Source: an uncultured Thermofilaceae archaeon (GTDB lineage Archaea; Thermoproteota; Thermoprotei; Thermofilales; JAPDKD01). From it: a DNA stretch of 41,245 nucleotides. The stretch covers positions 1 to 41,245 of the forward strand of contig CAZPLI010000002.1 in assembly GCA_964587325.1 (NCBI GenBank), given 5' to 3'. Under the pieces are notes generated by a model. It saw only the letters and a list, made by a program, of their open reading frames with translations, did no database searches and had not been told where the DNA came from. A program made the position numbers and the translations under genes. This document shows positions 34,652 through 41,245 of this stretch, piece by piece (position 1 is the stretch's first letter; every line of letters starts with the position of its first letter).

Positions 34652-34666
34652 GCTGAAGGGGCGCAG

Positions 34667-34674
34667 TTTAAATA
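34667..34674. promoter_or_regulatory. near-palindromic TATA element (TTTAAATA) shared by divergent trmI and rps19e
   Basis: TTTAAATA/TATTTAAA lies about 16-24 nt from the trmI ATG (leaderless) and about 45 nt from the rps19e GTG, which is preceded by GGTGAT. Confidence 0.4.
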
Positions 34675-34718
34675 GTTCCTCAGTTAAACCCCGGAGGAGA
34701 CTAGTAGGGTGATGGTGC

Positions 34719-35180
34719 GTGGTAACAGTGAAGTACGTTCCTCCGGCCAAGTTCATAGAAAGGCTAGCTGCATACCTCAAGGAGAACGTGGAGGAAGTAA
34801 AGCCGCCCGAGTGGGCAATGTATGTTAAGACAGGGAGCCACAAAGAGAGGGTTCCCCAGGACCCTGACTGGTGGTATAAGCGGTGCGCGTCTCTCCTAAG
34901 AAAGCTCTACATCCATGGACCAGTCGGCGTAGAAAGGCTCAGAACAGCCTATGGGGGCAGGAAGGACTTAGGTCACAAGAGGGAGCACTTCAGGAAGGCT
35001 GGAGGCAAGATAATACGAGTGGCGCTACAACAGCTAGAGGCAGCAGGTCTCGTGACCAAAGTTAGCAAAGAAGGACGTGCCCTGACACCTAAGGGCCGCT
35101 CGCTACTCGACAAGCTTGCTAACGAGATATTCCGAGAGATGGTGAAGGAGAGGCCTGAGCTAAGGAAGTACGTCGGGTAA
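34719..35180 (+). CDS. rps19e: 30S ribosomal protein eS19
   Basis: [19 protein letters not shown].., [34 protein letters not shown]. Confidence 0.9.
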   Translation: MVTVKYVPPAKFIERLAAYLKENVEEVKPPEWAMYVKTGSHKERVPQDPDWWYKRCASLLRKLYIHGPVGVERLRTAYGGRKDLGHKREHFRKAGGKIIRVALQQLEAAGLVTKVSKEGRALTPKGRSLLDKLANEIFREMVKERPELRKYVG

Positions 35181-35213
35181 TACTTACAGCCTACCACAGC
35201 GTGAGTAACAGGG

Positions 35214-35576
35214 GTGTTGAGGATGTGTGCCGAGGTCTATGACGAAGAGCTTGAGGAGATAAAAAGACGCAAGCTTGCAGAGTACCAGCGCAGGCTGCAA
35301 GAGGCTGCTAGGCGGGAGGAACTGAAGAGACTAGAGGAGGCTCGACGAATGGAGATGCTGAGGAAGATCCTCACGCTCGAGGCTAGGCAGAGGCTGGCTA
35401 ACCTAAGAATGGCATACCCTGAGCTCGCCGAGGCTGTTGAGAACCACATAATTCAGCTCGCCGCGGCCGGGAGGATCCCCATACCGGTCACTGACGATAT
35501 GTTGCGTAGAATACTCGCGAGTATTAGTCAGAGTAGACGCGAAATTAAGATAAGGTTCCATACGGGGCTCGGGTAG
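35214..35576 (+). CDS. PDCD5/TFAR19-like dsDNA-binding protein
   Basis: EELEEIKRRKLAEYQ.., LTLEARQRLANLRMAYPELAEAVENHIIQLAAAGRI. An alternative ATG lies at 35223. Confidence 0.75.
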   Translation: MLRMCAEVYDEELEEIKRRKLAEYQRRLQEAARREELKRLEEARRMEMLRKILTLEARQRLANLRMAYPELAEAVENHIIQLAAAGRIPIPVTDDMLRRILASISQSRREIKIRFHTGLG

Positions 35577-35594
35577 TGTTAAGGGGTGATAGTA

Positions 35595-35747
35595 GTGGCG
35601 AGAAACAAGCCTGCGGCTAAGAAGCGTAGGCTTGCTAGCGCACTTAAGGCTAATGCTGGCACACCGCTCTGGGTAGTCGCGAAGACGCTCGGCAAGGTTA
35701 GGTGGGGCAAGCCAAGACACTGGAGAAGAAGTAGGATGCAGCTGTAG
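35595..35747 (+). CDS. rpl39e: 50S ribosomal protein eL39 (50 aa), absent from the ORF track
   Basis: GTG start 5 nt after GGTGAT. Translates MARNKPAAKKRRLASALKANAGTPLWVVAKTLGKVRWGKPRHWRRSRMQL. Sits in the conserved position upstream of rpl31e. Confidence 0.85.
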   Translation: MARNKPAAKKRRLASALKANAGTPLWVVAKTLGKVRWGKPRHWRRSRMQL

Positions 35748-35758
35748 AGGTGATGTAA

Positions 35759-36064
35759 ATGAGCGAGGAAGTTTTGCTGGAGAGGAGCTATGTAATACCT
35801 CTTAGCGATGCCTATAGGGCTCCCCGGAAGAAACGAGCTAAGGTAGCCATAAGAATACTGAAAGAATTCGTGGCTCGTCACACTAAAGCAGACGTCGTAA
35901 AGCTGAGCAACAAAGTCAATGAGTACGTGTGGAGTCGGAGTGCCGAGAAACCGCCACGAAGGATACCGGTCGTGGTCAAAGTGCTAGAGGAGGGCGAGGA
36001 AAAGGTTGCATGGGTTTATCTTAGCGGAGAACGAGAGGAAAAGGAGGAAGGAGCGGAGGAATGA
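35759..36064 (+). CDS. rpl31e: 50S ribosomal protein eL31
   Basis: ERSYVIPLSDAYRAPRKKRAKVAIRILKEF.., PPRRIPVVV. Confidence 0.9.
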   Translation: MSEEVLLERSYVIPLSDAYRAPRKKRAKVAIRILKEFVARHTKADVVKLSNKVNEYVWSRSAEKPPRRIPVVVKVLEEGEEKVAWVYLSGEREEKEEGAEE

Positions 36065-36732
36065 GCGTCGAGAAGGCCTTCTACTATGGAAGCCCTAGCG
36101 TCGGGGTATACGTGGTAGCGACGGAGAAGTATGCGTTGTTAGCATCTGAGGCACCCGACAAATTTGAGGAAACGCTCCGTGCGGCGCTTGGCGTTGAGGT
36201 TATCAGGGTAACGCTAAACGGCTCGCAGCTCGTTGGAGTATTTGCGGTTGCTAACAGCCATGGCGTTGTAGTTACGGGCTATGCGGACGAAGAGGAAGTA
36301 ATGCGGCTTAGGAGAGCGCTTGGCGGGAGCGTGGAAGTAACGGTGTTAGATGTGAGAGAAAGCGCTGTGGGCAATCTCATATTGGCGACGGATAAGGCCG
36401 CTCTCGTGAGCCCACTTCTCCCTCGCACATCTTATAAGCAAATAGAAGACGCGCTAGACGTAGAGGTTGTTCGCGGAGTCGTGGCAGGCAGTCCATTAGT
36501 CGGTTCCTTTGCAGTAGCGACCAATAGAGGAGTTCTAGTATGTCCTATGGCCTCCGAGGACGAGCTAGACAATCTTGAGCAGATCTTCGGCGTGCCTGCT
36601 GACGTCGGGACCGTAAATAGGGGAAGCGTTTTTCTCAGGGCCGGTATGGTTGCCAACAGCCGCGGCGCAGTAGTCGGGTATGACACTACGGGTCCCGAGC
36701 TACTTAGAATACACAGAGTGCTCTTCTCTTAA
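36061..36732 (+). CDS. eif6: translation initiation factor aIF6
   Basis: YGSPSVGVYVVATEKYALL, five-fold pseudo-repeat with GNLILATDKAALV and TVNRGSVFLRAGMVANSRGAVVG. Confidence 0.9.
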   Translation: MSVEKAFYYGSPSVGVYVVATEKYALLASEAPDKFEETLRAALGVEVIRVTLNGSQLVGVFAVANSHGVVVTGYADEEEVMRLRRALGGSVEVTVLDVRESAVGNLILATDKAALVSPLLPRTSYKQIEDALDVEVVRGVVAGSPLVGSFAVATNRGVLVCPMASEDELDNLEQIFGVPADVGTVNRGSVFLRAGMVANSRGAVVGYDTTGPELLRIHRVLFS

Positions 36733-36786
36733 GCCAGCCCGCAAGGGAAATAAATAGGCTGCTCTCTCAGCGGTTGGTGACCTCAC

Positions 36787-37047
36787 TTGCCCAGTGAGGT
36801 CAAGATTTACAGGGTAGAGGGAGTGATGAAGCTTCGCAGCGGGGAGATCAGAAAGTTTAGAGTAGAGGTTAGGGCGCTCTCTCCTGAGCACGCCTTAGAC
36901 AAAGTATACAGCGACCTCGGGTCTAGGCATAAGCTAACTCGTAGGCACATTAAGATACAAAGTATTAAGGAAATATCTGAGGACGAAGTGACTAGTGAGT
37001 ATGTAAGGGGACTTTTAGCTCTAGACCGGATAGTTGTAATAGAATAG
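36787..37047 (+). CDS. rplX: 50S ribosomal protein eL20 (LX / L18Ae)
   Basis: KIYRVEGVMKL...FRVEVRALSPEHALDKVYSDLGSRHKLTRRHIKIQSIKEI. Conserved position between eif6 and pfdA. TTG start uncertain. Confidence 0.8.
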   Translation: MPSEVKIYRVEGVMKLRSGEIRKFRVEVRALSPEHALDKVYSDLGSRHKLTRRHIKIQSIKEISEDEVTSEYVRGLLALDRIVVIE

Positions 37048-37059
37048 GGGTGCTAGGGC

Positions 37060-37470
37060 TTGAGCCAGCAATTGACACCCGAAGAGAGGGACAGACTAGT
37101 GCTCGAATACCAGCAACTCGCACGACTAGCTGCAGAGTACCAGAGGCGCATCGACCTGGTAAACGCTATGCTTGACGATATAGCTCAGGCCAGAACCGCA
37201 GTGGAGGAGCTGGAGCTGCTCGACGATGGCGAAGAGCTACTAGTACCTCTCGGAGCAAATGTTATGGTCAAGGCTGCATACAAGAAGACAGGTAAGCTGA
37301 TAGTAAGCGTGGGGAGCGGTGTCCTCGTAGAGAAGGACTTTGAGGGTGTAAAGAAGCATCTTGAGCGCCGTGAGAGGTCCTTAAGAGAGCTCGTACAGAG
37401 ACTAACGGCTGAGTACCAGCGAGTTATTGCTAGGATGGGCGAGATAGAGAGGCAGCTAGGTGCCACCTAA
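37060..37470 (+). CDS. pfdA: prefoldin alpha subunit
   Basis: Coiled coil, two central beta hairpins (LVPLGANVMVKA.., IVSVGSGVLVEK), then coiled coil. Conserved rplX-pfdA-ftsY order. Confidence 0.8.
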   Translation: MSQQLTPEERDRLVLEYQQLARLAAEYQRRIDLVNAMLDDIAQARTAVEELELLDDGEELLVPLGANVMVKAAYKKTGKLIVSVGSGVLVEKDFEGVKKHLERRERSLRELVQRLTAEYQRVIARMGEIERQLGAT

Positions 37471-38411
37471 TGCCTGTAACCTCCCGCAAGCTCGGAAGTG
37501 TGCTTCGAGGACTAGTCGATAAGCTAGTCTATACGGAGCTTAAACCCGACAAGCTGAGCGAAGTCCTCGATGAGGCACTTCTATTACTCGTTGAGTGCGA
37601 CGTGGCATACGACGTGGCAGAGGAGCTTGTCGAGAGACTAAAGGAGAGGCTCTCTGGAGTTAAAGTGAAGAGAGGTGCGAATAAGCACGACATTGTGCTA
37701 AACGCTCTCCGCGAGGTCCTAATAGAGCTCCTTACTCCTCAAACAGAGGTTAACCTTCTAGAGCTCGCTAGGCAAAAGCGCGAAAGAGGAGAACCATTCG
37801 TGATACTCTTCGTCGGACCCAACGGCCACGGCAAGACCACGACGATAGCTAAGCTCGCGAAATGGTTCAAAGATAGGGGTTTCGTGCCTGTAGTAGCGGC
37901 AGCGGACACGTTCCGCGCCGGGGCGATCGAGCAGCTAGAGGAGCACGCCAAAAGAGTGGGATTTAAAGTCGTCAAGCACAGGTACGGAGCCGACCCCGCA
38001 GCAGTTGCTTACGACGCAGTAGCCTACGCGCGCACAGGGAAGGCTAACGTCGTACTAATAGATACTGCTGGGCGGCTCCAGACAGATGCAAACCTTATGG
38101 AAGAAATGCGTAAAATAGCTAGAGTGGCTAAGCCTGACCTCGTGATCTTCGTTGGCGATGCGCTGACGGGGAACGACGCTTTGGACCAGGCCCTCAAGTT
38201 CCACGAGGCTGTGGGTATAGACGCAAGCATCCTTACAAAGGCGGACGCAGACGCTAAAGGGGGTGCTGCGGTCTCTATAGTTTACGCGACCAAGAGACCC
38301 CTCATATTCCTCGGCACTGGGCAAGGGTACGATGACATAGTAGAGTTTGACCCCGAGAAGTTCGTTGATTCGCTCCTCCTAGGAGCGTACAGTATATCGG
38401 GGCGCTCTTAG
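37470..38411 (+). CDS. ftsY: signal recognition particle receptor FtsY
   Basis: GPNGHGKTTT, DTFRAGAIEQL, DTAGRLQ, TKADADAKGG. Confidence 0.9.
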   Translation: MPVTSRKLGSVLRGLVDKLVYTELKPDKLSEVLDEALLLLVECDVAYDVAEELVERLKERLSGVKVKRGANKHDIVLNALREVLIELLTPQTEVNLLELARQKRERGEPFVILFVGPNGHGKTTTIAKLAKWFKDRGFVPVVAAADTFRAGAIEQLEEHAKRVGFKVVKHRYGADPAAVAYDAVAYARTGKANVVLIDTAGRLQTDANLMEEMRKIARVAKPDLVIFVGDALTGNDALDQALKFHEAVGIDASILTKADADAKGGAAVSIVYATKRPLIFLGTGQGYDDIVEFDPEKFVDSLLLGAYSISGRS

Positions 38412-38413
38412 TA

Positions 38414-39358
38414 ATGCCTATGGTGAGGTTCGTGCCCAGACATTTCCTCACGCTACTCGACTACAAGCCCGAAGATGTAAGGAAACTTGTTAACTTAACA
38501 CTGGAGTACAAGGCGAAGCGTAGAGCTGGCACGAGGCTGACAGGTGAGCTTAAGGGCAAAACTGTGGCACTAATATTCGAGAAGCCCTCTACCAGGACTA
38601 GGGCTTCAATGGCAGTCGCTATATACGAGATGGGAGGGCTTCCTATAACCTACAACTGGACTGAGCTACAGCTTGCACGCGGTGAGCCGATCAAGGACAC
38701 TGCTAGGGTCCTAAGCAGATACCACGACGCGATAGCCGCTAGGGTGAAGAGACACGAGACTCTGGAAGAGCTTGCGCGCTTTTCTCTAGTACCTGTCATA
38801 AACATGCTGAGTGACATGTTTCACCCTTTACAGGCGGTAGCTGACTACGCCACAATACTAGAGTACAAGGGCAGAGTAGACGTAACAATCGCATTCATAG
38901 GTGACGGTAGAGATAACGTCTTTAACTCTCTCGCTGTCGCGGGCGTGAAGCTCGGGGCCACAGTCATAGTGGCTACACCGCCTCGCTACGCGCCATCCGA
39001 AGAGTTCCTCGAGAAGCTCAGGAGAGCAGGCCCCGGAAAAGTTGTAGTCACCGAGGATCCTGAGGAAGCAGTATCGGAGGCTGACGTCGTGTACACTGAC
39101 GTCTTCGTCAGTATGGGGCAGGAGGCTGAGAGAGAGGAGAGGCTGGCCGCTTTCTTACCGCGCTACCAAGTAAACTCGCGCCTGTTGGCACGCGCCAAGG
39201 AGGGCTACATTTTTATGCACTGCCTCCCCGCCTTCAGGGGCGAGGAGGTGACGGAAGAGGTGCTGGAAGATCCTTACCACTCAGTAGTCTTCGACCAGGC
39301 CGAGAACAGGCTTCATGCCTCTAAAGCGGTACTTGCGTTCTTACTTGGAGGTGTCTGA
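38414..39358 (+). CDS. argF: ornithine carbamoyltransferase
   Basis: FEKPSTRTR, HPLQ, HCLPA. 314 aa. Confidence 0.85.
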   Translation: MPMVRFVPRHFLTLLDYKPEDVRKLVNLTLEYKAKRRAGTRLTGELKGKTVALIFEKPSTRTRASMAVAIYEMGGLPITYNWTELQLARGEPIKDTARVLSRYHDAIAARVKRHETLEELARFSLVPVINMLSDMFHPLQAVADYATILEYKGRVDVTIAFIGDGRDNVFNSLAVAGVKLGATVIVATPPRYAPSEEFLEKLRRAGPGKVVVTEDPEEAVSEADVVYTDVFVSMGQEAEREERLAAFLPRYQVNSRLLARAKEGYIFMHCLPAFRGEEVTEEVLEDPYHSVVFDQAENRLHASKAVLAFLLGGV

Positions 39359-39359
39359 C

Positions 39360-39629
39360 TTGGGCGTCCATGAGTTCCTTCGAGACACGGGTAGAATGTT
39401 CAAGCTAATTAAGAGACCCGAGCGGAGCGAGCTAATGCTCACCTTACGTGTAGTGACGTTAGGGCTCGTAGTCTTAGGAGTAGTAGGTTACATCTTTCAG
39501 CTAGTGGGCTCGGCCCTGCGAGCGGCAGGAGCCTTCCACATACCGCGTGAAATTGCACTCTTCGCCTTAGGAGCCTCGATGGCAGTTGTACTGGGCCTTG
39601 TCCTCTATATGAGAAGGAGGGCGGTATAA
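39360..39629 (+). CDS. secE: preprotein translocase subunit SecE (Sec61 gamma)
   Basis: FLRDTGRMFKLIKRPERSELMLTLRVVTLGLVVLGVVGYIF, located immediately upstream of spt5 (conserved order). Start is TTG 39360 or ATG 39396; the ORF-track start overlaps argF. Confidence 0.7.
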   Translation: MGVHEFLRDTGRMFKLIKRPERSELMLTLRVVTLGLVVLGVVGYIFQLVGSALRAAGAFHIPREIALFALGASMAVVLGLVLYMRRRAV

Positions 39630-39630
39630 G

Positions 39631-40131
39631 TTGGCGCAAGCTACCACTAGGCCAATGTTCTATGCTGTCAGGACCACGATGGGGCAGGAGTACAATGTGG
39701 CTTCCATGCTTGAGGCAAGGGCAAGAACTCGCTTACTACCAGTAAGGTCGATACTGGTGATACCTAGGCTAAGGGGTGTGGTGATAGTCGAGGCTCCTGG
39801 TTACCACGTAGTAGCGCGGCTAGTCGCCGGCATGCGCCACGTCAAGGGCATAGTGAGGGGGGCCATGCGCTACGAGGACCTAGAGAAGTTCATCGCGCCA
39901 AGGCCGGTAATCGAGATAATCGAGGTCAACGACATCGTAGAGATAACCTACGGACCCCTCATGGGGATGCGAGGCAGAGTAGTCCACGTCGACAGGTCTA
40001 AAGGCGAAGTGAAAGTCGAGATCTCTGAGGCGGCCTACCCGCTCCCCATATCGATAAACGCCGAATACGTCAGGATAATCTCTAAGGAGAAGAAGGAACA
40101 TGAGGGAGCACCTGGAGTGGCTGAGAGCTGA
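39631..40131 (+). CDS. spt5: transcription elongation factor Spt5 (NusG)
   Basis: NGN domain FYAVRTTMGQEYNVA and KOW motif IVEITYGPLMGMRGRVVHVD. Confidence 0.85.
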   Translation: MAQATTRPMFYAVRTTMGQEYNVASMLEARARTRLLPVRSILVIPRLRGVVIVEAPGYHVVARLVAGMRHVKGIVRGAMRYEDLEKFIAPRPVIEIIEVNDIVEITYGPLMGMRGRVVHVDRSKGEVKVEISEAAYPLPISINAEYVRIISKEKKEHEGAPGVAES

Positions 40132-41245
40132 AGGCGAACTATTAGAAGTAACTAGCCAAGTCAGCGCACGCTACGAGGCGGCCTACATACTCAAGCGTGA
40201 GGACGGGCAGCGAGCAGTTCTCCTACACAAAGTCGGAGAGTACCAGATACCCGTCGTCGGCAACCTCTTGACAAAGAGGAAGTACCTCTACCATGCCATA
40301 GGGGCCCGCAGCGACCAGGAGGCTTTCAGTCGCTTACTAGCAGCAATGTCGAGCCCTCGCCCGCCTACGGTGACTAAACCCCCGGAGTACGAGGAGCTAG
40401 CGGGTCTTGACTCACTTCCCATACTGACCTTCTATGAGAGAGATGGAGGACCGTACATTACGTCGGCAATTTTCATAGCTAAAGATCCTGAACTAGGCTT
40501 CCAGAACGCCAGCATACACCGGGTAATGGTCCATAGCTCTAAACGCGCTGCGGTGCGCATAGTCCCCCGCCACCTCTATAGGATGCTCAGCAAGGCTGAG
40601 GCCAGAGGCGAGGACCTACCAGTGGCCGTGGTCATAGGCACACACCCCGCAGTTTATGTGGCAGCAGCGTGCTCTCCACCCTACGGGGTGGACGAGCTTC
40701 ACGTAGCGAACGTCCTTCTCGGCGGTAAGCTCGAGGTATTTAGGGAGCCTCTAACAGGGCTCTTAGTCCCTCGGTGCTTCGAGGTACTAATAGTAGGCCG
40801 GCTACTGGCCCGAGAAAAGGCCTCTGAAGGTCCCTTTGTAGACATAACTGGCACATACGACATCGTCAGGAAGCAGCCCGTGCTTGAAGTAGACGCCGTG
40901 TACGCCAGGCCCGACGCGATCTTCTATGAGATACTCCCCGCCGGTGTCGAGCACAGGCTGCTCATGGGCTTCCCTCGTGAGGCCGCGATATGGGATGCCG
41001 TACGCAGAGTAGTACCTGAGGTTAAGTCCGTTAGGCTTACTCCCGGTGGCTGCGGGTGGCTGCACGCTGTAGTTTCGATACGCAAGCAGAAGGAGGGCGA
41101 CGCTAAAAACGCGATACTCGCTGCGCTGGCTGCCCACCCCTCCCTAAAGCGGGTGGTAGTGGTCGATGAGGACGTAGACGTTGACGATCCTGTCGAGGTC
41201 GAGTGGGCTATAGCCACAAGGTTCCAGCCGCACAAAGACCTAGTT
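40100..41245 (+). CDS. UbiD-family (prFMN-dependent) decarboxylase, 3' end beyond the window
   Basis: Open frame from ATG 40100 to the window end (382 codons, no stop, so not in the ORF track). Translation contains YERDGGPYITSAIF, FQNASIHRV, EGPFVDITGTY and VVVVDEDVDVDD. Confidence 0.85.
   Translation, partial: MREHLEWLRAEGELLEVTSQVSARYEAAYILKREDGQRAVLLHKVGEYQIPVVGNLLTKRKYLYHAIGARSDQEAFSRLLAAMSSPRPPTVTKPPEYEELAGLDSLPILTFYERDGGPYITSAIFIAKDPELGFQNASIHRVMVHSSKRAAVRIVPRHLYRMLSKAEARGEDLPVAVVIGTHPAVYVAAACSPPYGVDELHVANVLLGGKLEVFREPLTGLLVPRCFEVLIVGRLLAREKASEGPFVDITGTYDIVRKQPVLEVDAVYARPDAIFYEILPAGVEHRLLMGFPREAAIWDAVRRVVPEVKSVRLTPGGCGWLHAVVSIRKQKEGDAKNAILAALAAHPSLKRVVVVDEDVDVDDPVEVEWAIATRFQPHKDLV

Noticed and set aside
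34652-34843. N-terminal extension of the TrmI ORF (track start 34843)
   Set aside because: The extension overlaps the well-supported rps19e gene on the opposite strand and has no TrmI-like sequence. A TATA element sits just upstream of the internal ATG at 34651.
40802-41235. Two minus-strand ORFs (111 aa and 103 aa) at the window end
   Set aside because: They are antisense shadows of the open UbiD-family frame on the plus strand, with Ser/Thr/Gly-rich low-complexity translations. The same reasoning applies to the many other 60-140 aa antisense ORFs in the track, such as 178-465, 697-972, 1693-2046, 2179-2457, 3333-3638, 16135-16488, 29971-30390 and 37185-37466.
1-41245. CRISPR arrays, insertion sequences, integrases, toxin-antitoxin or other defence modules
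   Set aside because: I saw no regularly spaced direct repeats, no transposase, integrase or Cas-like translations in any frame of the ORF track, and no terminal inverted repeats. The two tRNA genes show no adjacent integrase or att-like duplication.

Overview
This 41.2-kb segment is about 90% coding and roughly 50-55% GC. It reads as chromosome from a hyperthermophilic crenarchaeon, probably Desulfurococcales-like. Supporting signs are archaeal-specific information-processing genes, GTG/TTG starts, many 1-32 nt gene overlaps, TATA-like boxes about 25-30 nt upstream of leaderless starts, intron-bearing tRNAs and C/D box sRNAs.

Gene content is overwhelmingly housekeeping:
- Three aminoacyl-tRNA synthetases (Gly, Ser, Trp).
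- Replication and repair: a fen-lig operon and XPD.
- Transcription, translation and secretion factors: TFS, aIF2-beta, aIF6, Spt5, SecE, FtsY, prefoldin alpha.
- Ribosomal proteins uL16, eS19, eL39, eL31 and eL20/LX.
- Many RNA modification or processing enzymes: TrmJ-like SPOUT, THUMP methylase, TrmI, Clp1-like kinase, beta-CASP-like nuclease, and a radical SAM enzyme with a TRAM-like tail.
- Some metabolism: OTCase, 2-hydroxyacid dehydrogenase, SIS/PHI, PRTase, UbiD-family decarboxylase.

I see no CRISPR array, rRNA, transposase/integrase or recognisable defence island.

Several things are not explained by the ORF track:
- A 191-nt tRNA-Leu(GAG) with two non-canonical introns, hidden under a spurious 199-aa ORF.
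- A tRNA-Glu(UUC) with a D-loop intron.
- One textbook and three weaker C/D box sRNA candidates in intergenic gaps.
- Two sub-60-aa genes (eL39 and a zinc ribbon).
- A 510-bp AT-rich spacer with a 12-bp tandem repeat.

The best candidates for uncharacterised biology are:
- An overlapping OB-fold plus winged-helix gene pair whose combined architecture resembles RPA32/Stn1.
- An uncharacterised MBL-fold (UPF0282-like) gene translationally coupled to fen-lig.
- An operon encoding a membrane protein, a membrane wHTH protein, a thioredoxin and a Clp1-like kinase.

None of these can be declared a new system from inspection alone. All calls rest on by-eye motif recognition; no searches were run.
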